From an uncultured bacterium (GTDB lineage: Bacteria > Gemmatimonadota > Gemmatimonadetes > Gemmatimonadales > Gemmatimonadaceae): a stretch of DNA of 64,000 nucleotides. Below are positions 20,295 to 29,732 of this stretch, piece by piece; the first letter of the stretch is position 1, and each line of letters begins with the position of its first letter. The notes below the pieces were generated by a model that saw only the letters and a program-made list of their open reading frames with translations, did no database searches and was not told the origin of the DNA. The DNA lies in contig CAXBQP010000003.1 in assembly GCA_963978095.1 (NCBI GenBank), positions 1 through 64,000 of the forward strand, in the 5' to 3' direction. A program made the position numbers and the translations under genes.

Positions 20295-22471
20295 GATCCC
20301 CGCGCCAGGAGGCGGCGAGGTCGGTACGGAGGTCGGTGCGCGAGACATCGCTCTCCGCCCGATGGGCCGGCCCGATGGTGCCACGCGCAATCGCGGTGGT
20401 CTTGTTGCTCTTGGGATGCCTGCCGATCCCCGCGCTGCTCGAAGGCGGCGCCGCGAACACACCGACGCAGGCACGGTCCATGGCGCAGTACGCCGCGCGC
20501 TGGATCGACTGGGGACTGGGTTCGGCGATCTGCGCAGCCGTCGCCGTGGTGGCGGTGATCGTGTGGCGCGCCCGTGCCCGTGATGCCTCCGGAAGCGTGC
20601 GCCGCACCGCGCACGACGGGACACCTCCGTCGGTGCTGTCGGGAATGCGCATTCGCCTTTTGACGGGATGGGGCATCCCCGCCGTCGCGTTCGCGCTCTA
20701 TGCCGGTATCGCCCGATTCGTGTTTGATGGCCGGCCGTTGCTCATCGACGAACTGGTGCAAGTCATGCAAGCCCGCCTCTATGCGGCCGGGCAGCTGTTC
20801 GCGCCGGTCGAACGGTACCGGGAGTTCTTCTCCATCCTGCATGTGGTGGACACCGGCGGCAAGGTGTACTCGCAGTTTCCCCCTGGTGGACCGGCGATGC
20901 TCGCCCTCGGGGAATTCTTCGGCGCGCCATGGATCGTCGGCCCGGTGTCGGGCGCGATATGCGTCGCCCTGTTCGCGCGAATCATCCGGCACACGGACCC
21001 CGATGCGTCACCCCGCTGGCAGCTCGCGACCACCGGGCTCTTCGCCGCGGCCCCGTTCGGAGCCTTCATGTTCGCGTCGCACATGAACCATGCGACCGCG
21101 TTGCTGTTCCTGATGATCGCCATACTGGCCCTTGCGCAGGTGATGGCGCATGATGCCGTGGCGTTGCGAGGGTCCGAGGACTCCGTGCATCCATCGGGTC
21201 GTGCCCTGACGTCGGCCGTTGTCTGTGGGCTCGGGCTCGGGGCGGCCGCGACCATCCGCCCGCTCGATGCCTTCGCCTTCGCACTGCCGGCCGGCGCCTG
21301 GTTTCTGTGGCGCGCGCTCAGGACGCCCGCATACTGGCGTGATGTCGTGGCCGCTGCCGCGGGGATCGCCATCCCCTTTGCCCTGATGATGTGGGTGAAC
21401 CATCGCACCACCGGTTCCCCGCTGCGCTTCGGCTACGAAGTGCTCTGGGGGGCATCCCACGGACTCGGCTTTCACACCGCGCCCTGGGGGGCCGCGCACA
21501 CCCCCGGGCGTGGGCTGGTGTTGCTCGCGTCGTATGTGACACGTCTGCAGACCTATCTGTTCGAGACGCCATTCCCCGCCCTGCTTCCCGCGGTCGCTGC
21601 CCTCGGGCTCGCCCGTCGGTGCTCGACGATCGACCGGTATCTGTTGATCAGCGCCGGTCTGCTGGGTGCACTGTATTTCGCGTACTGGCACGACGGGTTT
21701 TTCCTTGGTCCGCGGTTCGTCTTTCCGTGGCTCCCCGTGCTCGTGCTGTGGAGCGCGCGGTTGCCCCACGCGATTCGGGATCGGTTCGGCGGTGGGATCG
21801 TCGCCGTTGCGACCAATGCCGGACTGCTGTCCGGTGTGGTGATGGCGGTCGCGTTCGCGTTGCCGGTGCGGGTGGCGCAGTATCGCGGGGGGCTGTCGTC
21901 GATGCGCGATGACTATGGGGCGCTGGCAACGGCCGCCGGCGCGCGCCACGCCTTGGTGTTCGTGCGCGAGTCGTGGGGCGCCGAGTTGGTGGCGCGCCTG
22001 TGGGCGCTGGAGGTGTCGCGGAGCGCTGCCGCCGCGTTGTACCATGACGTCGATGCCTGCACGTTGGATCGTGCGATCCGGGCCCTCGAGCACTCGGGGG
22101 TTCGGGGTTCCCTGGCGGAGCAGCGCTTGGCGCCGCTGCGCGCGGACTCCCTGCAGGTCACCAGCAGTCCGTTTTCCCCGGATAGTACGGAGCGTTTCCG
22201 CCGCGGTGCGCCCTACGACGTCGTCTGCGTCGCGCGACTGAACGAAGACCGGGCGGGGTACGCGTTGCTCCCGCCGGTGCTCCTGGATCGCACGAGCGGG
22301 AACGTGTACGCGCGCGATCTGGGGGCACGCGACACGCTCCTGATGCAGGAGTACGCGGAGCGTCCGGTGTATTTGATGCGGCGGCGTGCGGCGGCGGCCG
22401 GCGGGGCCGTGGAGTGGATCCCCGTGTCGCGGGATTCGGTCCTGTCGCAGTGGCGGCGGGGCGCGCCGTAG
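20291..22471 (+). CDS. Polytopic membrane protein, probable GT-C (ArnT/PMT-like) glycosyltransferase
   Basis: Many TM helices; LIDE after first TM bundle, YSQFPPG, RPLDA, GPRF motifs; start overlaps mnmG stop (GTGA). Confidence 0.65.
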   Translation: MRSPRQEAARSVRRSVRETSLSARWAGPMVPRAIAVVLLLLGCLPIPALLEGGAANTPTQARSMAQYAARWIDWGLGSAICAAVAVVAVIVWRARARDASGSVRRTAHDGTPPSVLSGMRIRLLTGWGIPAVAFALYAGIARFVFDGRPLLIDELVQVMQARLYAAGQLFAPVERYREFFSILHVVDTGGKVYSQFPPGGPAMLALGEFFGAPWIVGPVSGAICVALFARIIRHTDPDASPRWQLATTGLFAAAPFGAFMFASHMNHATALLFLMIAILALAQVMAHDAVALRGSEDSVHPSGRALTSAVVCGLGLGAAATIRPLDAFAFALPAGAWFLWRALRTPAYWRDVVAAAAGIAIPFALMMWVNHRTTGSPLRFGYEVLWGASHGLGFHTAPWGAAHTPGRGLVLLASYVTRLQTYLFETPFPALLPAVAALGLARRCSTIDRYLLISAGLLGALYFAYWHDGFFLGPRFVFPWLPVLVLWSARLPHAIRDRFGGGIVAVATNAGLLSGVVMAVAFALPVRVAQYRGGLSSMRDDYGALATAAGARHALVFVRESWGAELVARLWALEVSRSAAAALYHDVDACTLDRAIRALEHSGVRGSLAEQRLAPLRADSLQVTSSPFSPDSTERFRRGAPYDVVCVARLNEDRAGYALLPPVLLDRTSGNVYARDLGARDTLLMQEYAERPVYLMRRRAAAAGGAVEWIPVSRDSVLSQWRRGAP

Positions 22472-22618
22472 GGTCGACCGTGTCACCCATGATCGCACGT
22501 GGGTGCCGCGGGTGCCGTGTTGCGCCTCTTCACACGGACGCCCGTCTGTGGCGCGTGGATCGGAAACACCCCGCGGTGCGTCGGGTATGAGACAGGCCCT
22601 TGGTGGGGGCCGCCCGAA

Positions 22619-22670
22619 ATAGTATCATATTGAGATTATATAGGGCGTATTAGTACCATATTAGAACTAT
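22619..22670 (+). repeat. Two tandem copies of the 21-bp AT-rich motif
   Basis: ATAGTATCATATTGAGATTAT (22619-39) and TTAGTACCATATTAGAACTAT (22650-70), 31 bp apart. Confidence 0.65.
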
Positions 22671-22679
22671 TTCATCGGA

Positions 22680-23438
22680 ATGCTCATGCGCATCCTCTCG
22701 AGCGGTGTCAGGTTGGGCGCCACCTGGGGCGCCGCCTGGTTCCTGGCGTTCGGCAACACGTCGCCGGCAATCGCCCAGGAGTTGGGGCCCCCTGTCCCCT
22801 CGCTAAAGGCCCCACAGCTCAACAGCTCGGCCACAGGAGAGGTGACGTTGCGCCCGGACCGGGCCACGCTGACGGTAAGCGTGGAAAGTCGAGCGGGCAC
22901 CGCGTCGAAGGCAGCCGGGGAGACTGCGCGACGACAGAAGCAAGTCTTGGACACACTTCGTGCACTGGGAATCGGGATTGATCAGGTCCAGACCGCATCG
23001 CTACAGATCACCCCCGAGTATTCGAACCCCGGACCCGGGCAACGTCAGCGAGTCACCGGGTATCTGGCGATCAGCTCCCTCCGGGTGGAGATCCTGCGGA
23101 TCGAGCAGGTCGGCGCTGTGGTCGACGCCGCGCTTTCCGGGGAGGCTACCAGTATCCAAGAGCTTCGCTTCAGCTCATCCAATGAGGCCGAAGCCAGAAA
23201 ACAGGCGCTGGCGCTCGCTGTATCGAAGGCGCGGGGAGAGGCGGAGGCGATGGCCTCCGCAGCTGGCGGACTTTTGGGTGGTCTCATCGAGCTCAACGCC
23301 CAACCCGACGTCATCCGGATGCGCAGTGCCCCGCCGATGTCGTTCGCCGCGCGCGCTACTACTCCGATGCCAGTGGCTGAGGGAACGATCACCGTGAGCG
23401 CGACTGTAAGTGGTCGCTGGGGATATATCCCCCGATAG
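22680..23438 (+). CDS. SIMPL (DUF541) domain periplasmic protein
   Basis: Signal peptide; GEVTLRPDRATL, QTASLQITPEY, ARKQALALAVSKARGEAEAMA pattern. Confidence 0.88.
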   Translation: MLMRILSSGVRLGATWGAAWFLAFGNTSPAIAQELGPPVPSLKAPQLNSSATGEVTLRPDRATLTVSVESRAGTASKAAGETARRQKQVLDTLRALGIGIDQVQTASLQITPEYSNPGPGQRQRVTGYLAISSLRVEILRIEQVGAVVDAALSGEATSIQELRFSSSNEAEARKQALALAVSKARGEAEAMASAAGGLLGGLIELNAQPDVIRMRSAPPMSFAARATTPMPVAEGTITVSATVSGRWGYIPR

Positions 23439-23475
23439 GGATCATTGCGAGAACGGCTGTTGTGGTGCGGCGGAT

Positions 23476-23491
23476 TGTTCCACGTGAAACA
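23476..23491. promoter_or_regulatory. parS: parS centromere site
   Basis: TGTTCCACGTGAAACA matches the parS consensus TGTTNCACGTGAAACA; 80 bp upstream of parA. Confidence 0.93.
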
Positions 23492-23571
23492 ATCCGCCTT
23501 GCCCTCTCGCGCCACCTCCCGATATGTTGCGGGAGGTCTCTTTGGTCTCACTGCTACCGGAACGCATCGCC

Positions 23572-24363
23572 TTGGCACGAGTCATCGCAATCGCCAACCA
23601 GAAGGGCGGGGTTGGCAAGACAACAACCGCCGTCAACCTCGCCGCGAGTCTCGCTGCCGCCGAGCAACGGGTTCTCCTTGTTGATGGCGATCCCCAGGGG
23701 AATGCCACGAGTGGCATCGGTCTCGAAAAAGAGAGCTACGAGACAACAGTCTATGACGTCCTCCTGGATCCCACGACGATAGCTGCCGCCACGGTACGCG
23801 AGGTGCAGTTCATGCATCTCGACGTCATCCCGGCGACCCCGGATCTGGCGGCAGCGGAAGTTGAGCTGGTGAACCGTGTGGATCGTGAACATTCCATGCG
23901 CCATGCGCTGGCCTCTGTCCGCGACCATTACGACTTCATCCTGATCGACTGCCCCCCCTCGCTTGGGCTCATCACCATCAATATGCTCGCGGCGGCGGAT
24001 TCGCTTCTGATTCCGCTCCAGTGCGAGTATTACGCCCTCGAGGGGCTCTCCCAGCTGCTGAACACAGTCCATCTTGTCCAGCAGGGTGTCAACCCGACGC
24101 TGGCGATTGATGGGGTGTTGTTGACCATGTATGACGCCCGCCTCAACCTGTCCCGTCAGGTCGCGGCCGATGCTCGCGAGTATTTTGGCGCGAAGGTGTT
24201 CCAGGCAGTCGTCCCCCGAAATGTGAGGCTTGCCGAGGCTCCCAGCTTTGGCAAGCCCATCATCCTGTACGATGTCGCGTCCGTTGGCGCACAAGCGTAT
24301 ATGGGAGTCGCCAAGGAACTGATCGAGCGCAACTCCATCATCAGCAAGAACCGCGCGCCGTAA
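23572..24363 (+). CDS. parA: Chromosome partitioning ATPase ParA/Soj
   Basis: [53 protein letters not shown] start at 23572 preferred. Confidence 0.97.
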   Translation: MARVIAIANQKGGVGKTTTAVNLAASLAAAEQRVLLVDGDPQGNATSGIGLEKESYETTVYDVLLDPTTIAAATVREVQFMHLDVIPATPDLAAAEVELVNRVDREHSMRHALASVRDHYDFILIDCPPSLGLITINMLAAADSLLIPLQCEYYALEGLSQLLNTVHLVQQGVNPTLAIDGVLLTMYDARLNLSRQVAADAREYFGAKVFQAVVPRNVRLAEAPSFGKPIILYDVASVGAQAYMGVAKELIERNSIISKNRAP

Positions 24364-24369
24364 AAACAT

Positions 24370-24398
24370 CGTAAGTCATTATATTACAACAACTTACG
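24370..24398. promoter_or_regulatory. AT-rich palindromic IHF-like element between parA and parB
   Basis: CGTAAGT-cattatattacaaca-ACTTACG; contains TTACAA-caac-TTA resembling WATCAA-N4-TTR. Confidence 0.4.
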
Positions 24399-24417
24399 AA
24401 TACACACGCACATCATC

Positions 24418-25407
24418 ATGTCGACTGAAAAACCGAGACGCCTCGGACGGGGACTTGAAGCGCTTCTCTCCGCGCGTCCTACCCAGGTGCCGGCCGTTCC
24501 CGCAAGTCTGGCTACGCCGACAGCGGCTCCGGTACCACCCGCTGTCCCGACGGCAACGACGGTACCCGTTGAAACGCCGCGCTCCGCACTGCGGTCGCTC
24601 CCGCTTGCGCTGATCCGACCCAATCCCCTGCAGCCACGCAAGGAGTTCAGCGCCGCTGATCTGGCAGACCTGGAAGCGAGCATCCGATCGAACGGCTTGC
24701 TCCAACCGGTGACGGTCCGGGTCGCCGGAGCGGGTTACGAACTGATCGCCGGCGAACGCCGCTTCCGTGCCGTGTCGCGGATCGGCTGGACCGAGATTCC
24801 CGCCATCGTGCGTGGCGCTGCCGAAACAGACGACAAGGCGGCACTCACCCTCGCGCTGGTCGAGAACCTGCAACGCGCAGATCTGAACCCGATCGAAGAA
24901 GGTGAGGGATATCAGCAGCTCATCGCGCAGTTCGCACTCACCCAACAAGAAGTCGCGGATGTGGTCGGCAAGGATCGCTCGACGGTGGCCAACACGATCC
25001 GGTTGTTGGCGCTGCCGACCAGCGTCCGTCGCATGGTACGTGACGGAGAGCTCACCATCGGCCACGCGCGCGCCCTGCTCTCCTTGGGCGATGATCACCG
25101 CATGCTCGAACTCGCCAAGGCGATCATTGCTGAAGGACTCAATGTGCGCGAAGTCGAGCGTCGCGTCCGGGACGCCGGAACAGGGCGCGCCGACTCGGCC
25201 ACGCGCGGTGCCGCGCCGAGAGCAGGCACGGTCCGCCCTCCCGAGGTCAGCCGCATCGAAGAACAACTGCGCAAGCACCTGCAAACGGCGGTCACGATTC
25301 AGCTCGCCGCGAAAGAAAAAGGGGAGATCCGCATCAGCTTCTATTCCTCCGATGACCTGGAGCGCGTGCTCGACCTCGTGCTCGGGGCGGATCGCGAGGC
25401 GCTGTGA
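24418..25407 (+). CDS. parB: Chromosome partitioning protein ParB/Spo0J
   Basis: LGRGLEALL, NPLQPR, IAGERRFRA, ENLQRADLNPIEE, GKDRSTVAN HTH. Confidence 0.97.
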   Translation: MSTEKPRRLGRGLEALLSARPTQVPAVPASLATPTAAPVPPAVPTATTVPVETPRSALRSLPLALIRPNPLQPRKEFSAADLADLEASIRSNGLLQPVTVRVAGAGYELIAGERRFRAVSRIGWTEIPAIVRGAAETDDKAALTLALVENLQRADLNPIEEGEGYQQLIAQFALTQQEVADVVGKDRSTVANTIRLLALPTSVRRMVRDGELTIGHARALLSLGDDHRMLELAKAIIAEGLNVREVERRVRDAGTGRADSATRGAAPRAGTVRPPEVSRIEEQLRKHLQTAVTIQLAAKEKGEIRISFYSSDDLERVLDLVLGADREAL

Positions 25408-25841
25408 GTCCGTCGGTCCGGAGGCGGCGCGACTCCGGCGCGCATCGCCACGGGAATATCTTCTCCCGCGATTCCGGGTCGATGCTGATCCATGTACAAC
25501 GGGAGAGCGGGCTCGCGCATCGCACGCTGGTGCTGCGCCCGTGGCAAGTCCAAGTCCTGCGAGTCCTCGCCTCCCGGAGTTTTCTGGTCGTGCTGACGAT
25601 CGGCCTGTTGAGCTGGGGATACTTTGCCGTGCAAGCCGCTCGGGTGCCCCTGCTGACTCGCCGCATCACGCACCTCGAGCAGGACGGTCAACGATTGGAC
25701 ACGCTGCAACGCACGTTGTCGGATCTGCAAGATCGCTACGCACAGGTCCAGCGGCTCCTGACCACGTCACGGGTGACCACGACTCCCGCTCCCCTCGGTA
25801 CCCCGCGTTCGGCGCCACCATCGCCGAAGAAGAATCCTTAG
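25404..25841 (+). CDS. Single-TM coiled-coil protein upstream of bactofilin
   Basis: Start overlaps parB stop; short cytoplasmic region, one TM helix, heptad-like coiled coil, Pro-rich tail. Confidence 0.7.
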   Translation: MSPSVRRRRDSGAHRHGNIFSRDSGSMLIHVQRESGLAHRTLVLRPWQVQVLRVLASRSFLVVLTIGLLSWGYFAVQAARVPLLTRRITHLEQDGQRLDTLQRTLSDLQDRYAQVQRLLTTSRVTTTPAPLGTPRSAPPSPKKNP

Positions 25842-25853
25842 GAGAATCGACGC

Positions 25854-26258
25854 ATGGCGTTTTTCGGTACAGCACGGGGAACCGACGACGGGCGGAGCGC
25901 AGGCCGCGTGGTGGAAACATCCCTTTCGATCATCGCCGCCGGCATGCGGATCACCGGCGACATCGAAAGTGGTGGTGTCGTCAAGATCGATGGACGAGTG
26001 GAGGGCTCCGTCATCGGGGCGCGGCAGATCCTTCTGGGACGTGGCGGTGCCATTCACGGCAACGTCGAAGCCGACGAAGTAGTCCTTGGAGGCGACGTAC
26101 TGGGCTCCATTCGTGCCACGAACCGGCTCGAGCTGCAGGGAACAGCCACCGTCCATGGGGACATTGACACAAAGTCGATCGTGGTGATGGAAGGCGCGCT
26201 CATCACCGGCCATGTGCGGATGTCAGAGATCGTGGGGAGAGCGATAGCGGCGGGGTGA
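25854..26258 (+). CDS. Bactofilin (polymer-forming cytoskeletal protein)
   Basis: SIIAAGMRITGDI...VKIDGRVEG...VHGDI....IVVMEGALITG beta-helix repeats; AGGAG RBS. Confidence 0.93.
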   Translation: MAFFGTARGTDDGRSAGRVVETSLSIIAAGMRITGDIESGGVVKIDGRVEGSVIGARQILLGRGGAIHGNVEADEVVLGGDVLGSIRATNRLELQGTATVHGDIDTKSIVVMEGALITGHVRMSEIVGRAIAAG

Positions 26259-26411
26259 GCCTGGGAATGGTGTTCGTCAGTTCAACTCCCAACCGTCGCA
26301 AACAGGTTCAAGAAGTACTCCACAGCCGTTTTCTGATTTCCACAAACGGGACCGACGGCACACATTTGTTTATTTTTCGGTAATATCTTACTACGGAATA
26401 ACGATTTACAC

Positions 26412-27458
26412 ATGAAATACGGCATTCGTCGTCTGGTCTTTGTTGGATTTATCAACAGTGTCGCGTTGCTCGCCATGGCGTGCGGAGGAGCGAAGGACAC
26501 GAAGGCACCGGCCACCCCAGGCGCGATCAAGGTCGCGCTCCTGACACCGGGGCCCATTACCGACCAGTCGTGGAACGGTGGTGCCTACGCCGGCTTGATG
26601 CGCATCAAGGACAGCCTGGGCGCTGAGGTCAGCCATATCCAGACCAAGACCCCGGCGGAGTTCGAGGAGAACTTCCGGCAGTACGGCGCCCAGGGCTACA
26701 CCGTCGTGATCGGACATGGCTTCGAGTTTCAGGACGCGGCCAAGCGCGTCGGACCGGAATATCCGAAAACGTTGTACATCACGACGGGCGGCAACACGGC
26801 GGGCCCGAACATCGCGGCGATGTCGTTCGCGTTCGACGAGCCGAGTTATCTCGCCGGGATGGCAGCCGCAGCTGTGACGAAGACGGGAACCATCGGATGC
26901 ATTGGCGGCACGGAGTTGCCTCCCGTGAAATCCAGTTTCGCCGCATTCACGGCCGGGGCACTCGCGGTGAACCCCAAGATCAAGGTCGTGACGGCCTTCA
27001 TCGGCAACTGGGACGATGCGAGCGCGGGCAAGGAGCAGGCGCTCGCGCAGATCGGGCGTGGGGTGGATGTGATCTTCCAGAATGCCGATGCCGCGGGGCT
27101 TGGGGTGTTCCAGGCGGCGAAGGAGGGCAAGGGTGTCTGGGTGATCGGATCGAATGCTGATCAGAACCGGGTCGCGCCAGCCGTCACCCTCGGCAGCGTG
27201 GTGATTGATGTGCCACACGCCTTCCTGGTCATGGCGCGCGAAGTGAAGGGCGGACAGTTCGAACCGCGCGTCATGCGGCTCGACACCAAGACCGATGTGG
27301 TACGTTGGGTTCCGAACCCTGCGGCAGTGCAGGCGATTCCCGCTGCCATGCGGGCACGCGTCGACTCCGTGCAGCAGCGCATGACGGCTGGCGCGTTCGT
27401 CATGCCGACTGGTGTGGAGGCCGCGGCGGTCACACCGTCGACCGGTGGCGCGAAGTGA
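26412..27458 (+). CDS. BMP-family ABC transporter substrate-binding lipoprotein (nucleoside-type)
   Basis: Lipobox AMAC; DQSWN, IGHGFEF, SYLAG, GNWDD, DVIFQ motifs. Confidence 0.9.
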   Translation: MKYGIRRLVFVGFINSVALLAMACGGAKDTKAPATPGAIKVALLTPGPITDQSWNGGAYAGLMRIKDSLGAEVSHIQTKTPAEFEENFRQYGAQGYTVVIGHGFEFQDAAKRVGPEYPKTLYITTGGNTAGPNIAAMSFAFDEPSYLAGMAAAAVTKTGTIGCIGGTELPPVKSSFAAFTAGALAVNPKIKVVTAFIGNWDDASAGKEQALAQIGRGVDVIFQNADAAGLGVFQAAKEGKGVWVIGSNADQNRVAPAVTLGSVVIDVPHAFLVMAREVKGGQFEPRVMRLDTKTDVVRWVPNPAAVQAIPAAMRARVDSVQQRMTAGAFVMPTGVEAAAVTPSTGGAK

Positions 27459-28246
27459 CCACGCAGCCCGGGGGCATTCCGCTCGAGCGGATCGCGCAGG
27501 ACCTCGACGCATTGCTTCGCACGTCGGAGACCCCGGACTACAAGACAGCCCTGAACGGCGTGCAACTGGCGAACCGCACACCGATCACGAAGGTCGCCGC
27601 GGCGGTCGACTGCTCGCGCTTCACCATCGAGCAGACGATCGCGCAGGGCGCGAATCTCCTGCTCGTGCATCACGGACTGTTTTGGGGGGGACTCCAGCCG
27701 TTGACAGGACCGCACCTTGAACGGGTGCGCCTGTTGATCGATCACGACGTGGCCTTGTACGCCGCACATCTCCCGCTGGACGCGCATGAGCGGATCGGGA
27801 ACTCGCGCCTTCTGGCTGGCGCGTTGGGCCTGGAACCCACGGCGGGCTTCGCGCGGCACGAACACATCTTTTGTGGCGTGCGTGGCACGACCACCCTTCG
27901 CACCGCCACGGTGCTCGACCGTTGTCAACGGTTCTCGGCGACCCACGGCGGAACCGCGATCGCGAGTGCCATGCCTGCTGACCGCATGACCAAGCACTGG
28001 GCCATCTGCACGGGGGCAGGGGCGGGACACTCGACGATTGCTGAAGCAGTGGCGCTGGGCGTCGACACGTTGATCGTGGGCGAGGGGCCGCACTGGAGCG
28101 CTGTGGACGCGCCGGAAAAGGGGCTCGTCATCATCTATGCCGGACACTATGCCACCGAAACACTCGGCGTTCGTGCACTCGCCGATCATGTGACCGCGAC
28201 GTTCGGACTCCCGTGGAGCTGGATTTCGGCCCCGACGGGATTGTGA
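27455..28246 (+). CDS. Nif3-like dinuclear metal-centre protein
   Basis: NGVQL, LVHHGLFW, HLPLDAH, GHYATE; GTG start overlaps upstream stop. Confidence 0.92.
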   Translation: MTTQPGGIPLERIAQDLDALLRTSETPDYKTALNGVQLANRTPITKVAAAVDCSRFTIEQTIAQGANLLLVHHGLFWGGLQPLTGPHLERVRLLIDHDVALYAAHLPLDAHERIGNSRLLAGALGLEPTAGFARHEHIFCGVRGTTTLRTATVLDRCQRFSATHGGTAIASAMPADRMTKHWAICTGAGAGHSTIAEAVALGVDTLIVGEGPHWSAVDAPEKGLVIIYAGHYATETLGVRALADHVTATFGLPWSWISAPTGL

Positions 28247-28253
28247 GCCCTTT

Positions 28254-29732
28254 GTGGTGAGTGCGCCGTTGGACGCCGCGAGCGCTCTCTCTCTGCGCGA
28301 GATCAGCAAGCGGTTCGGGGCCACGCAGGCGCTCGACGGTTGCTCCCTCGAGGTACGCCGCGGCACGCTGCACGCGCTGCTCGGCGAGAACGGCGCGGGC
28401 AAGACCACCTTGATGCGGCTGGCCTTCGGCATGCTGCAGCCCGACGCGGGAACATTGTCCGTCGCCGGACGCGCGTGTACCTGGCGCTCGAGCGCCGATG
28501 CGATGCGCGCGGGGATCGGCATGGTACACCAGCATTTTCTGCTGGTACCCGCCATGACGGTCGCGGAGAACATCAGCGTGGGACGCGGCGGGATGTGGAG
28601 CGGATTCGATCCCGTCCGGGCGGCGGAACAGGTGCGTCGACTGGCCGCCGATACCGGACTCTCGATCGACGCCGAGGCGCGCGTGGCCGATCTCCCGGTC
28701 GGCGCACAACAACGGCTCGAGATCCTGAAAGCACTCTCGCATGATGTTCAGGTGCTGATCCTCGACGAGCCGACCGCGGTCCTCTCGCCACAGGAGACAC
28801 AGGATCTCTATGCGTGGCTCCGGCGGTTCGTCGACCGTGGACGCACGGTGGTGCTGATCACGCACAAGGTGCGCGAGGCGTTGCAGATCGCCGACGACAT
28901 CACGGTGCTCCGCCGCGGGCGCACGGTGCTGCAGGTACGGGCACGCGACGCGCGCGAGGGAGAGGTGCTCGACGCGCTGCTCGGCGACGCCAACACACTG
29001 CACGCGCTGGCCGATGGACGGCCCCCGCATGGTGCGGGACTCCGTTCCGCCGCGCCCGTGCTCACAACGACCGGCGTCACGGTACGTGATGCACGGGGTG
29101 TGAATCGGCTGAAGGGGGTCACCACGCAGGTGTACGGAGGAGAGATCCTCGGGGTGGCCGGCGTGGAAGGCGCGGGTCAGATGGAACTGCTTCGCGTCAT
29201 GGCGGGACGGTGCCGCCCGAACTCGGGCACGACCACGCGCCCGGCACGCATCGGTTTCGTGCCTGAGGATCGGCACCGCGACGCCGTGATCAGCGCATGG
29301 ACCCTGGTGGAGAATCTCGCGCTCAAGGAGGCGGGATCGGTGCGAGGGCTCATGGCGTGGGACGCATATCGCGCGCGCGCCGAGTCGTGCGTGCGATCGC
29401 AGGATGTCCGCGCGACCGGAGTGGACGATTCGATGGCGGCGCTCTCCGGCGGCAATCAGCAGAAGTTCGTACTCGCCCGAGAGTTGGAGGGGGCGCCGAC
29501 GGCGTTGATTGTCGAGAATCCCACACGTGGTCTCGATATCCGTGCGGCGGCTCAGGTCCTTGCTGCGCTGCGCGCAGCGCGCGATGCTGGGGTCGCCGTC
29601 GTGATTCACTCCAGCGATCTGGACGAGTTGTTCAGTGTGAGCGACCGAATGATCGTGTGCTTCGATGGCACGGTCCGGGATGTTGCCCTTGACCGACAGG
29701 CCGTCGGCCGGGCGATGGTCGGGCTCACATGA
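28254..29732 (+). CDS. ABC transporter ATP-binding protein (two-domain sugar/nucleoside type)
   Basis: GENGAGKT, MVHQHF, ILDEPTAVL, ITHK, LSGGNQQK, NPTRGLD. Confidence 0.93.
   Translation: MVSAPLDAASALSLREISKRFGATQALDGCSLEVRRGTLHALLGENGAGKTTLMRLAFGMLQPDAGTLSVAGRACTWRSSADAMRAGIGMVHQHFLLVPAMTVAENISVGRGGMWSGFDPVRAAEQVRRLAADTGLSIDAEARVADLPVGAQQRLEILKALSHDVQVLILDEPTAVLSPQETQDLYAWLRRFVDRGRTVVLITHKVREALQIADDITVLRRGRTVLQVRARDAREGEVLDALLGDANTLHALADGRPPHGAGLRSAAPVLTTTGVTVRDARGVNRLKGVTTQVYGGEILGVAGVEGAGQMELLRVMAGRCRPNSGTTTRPARIGFVPEDRHRDAVISAWTLVENLALKEAGSVRGLMAWDAYRARAESCVRSQDVRATGVDDSMAALSGGNQQKFVLARELEGAPTALIVENPTRGLDIRAAAQVLAALRAARDAGVAVVIHSSDLDELFSVSDRMIVCFDGTVRDVALDRQAVGRAMVGLT

Noticed and set aside
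22619..22670. 21-bp motif interpreted as a LexA/SOS box because copies occur in polA and mutS
   Set aside because: Copies lie deep in coding regions and in non-repair genes, and do not match GAAC-N4-GTTC, CTGT-N8-ACAG or GTTC-N7-GTTC; not fully excluded for an uncharacterised LexA.
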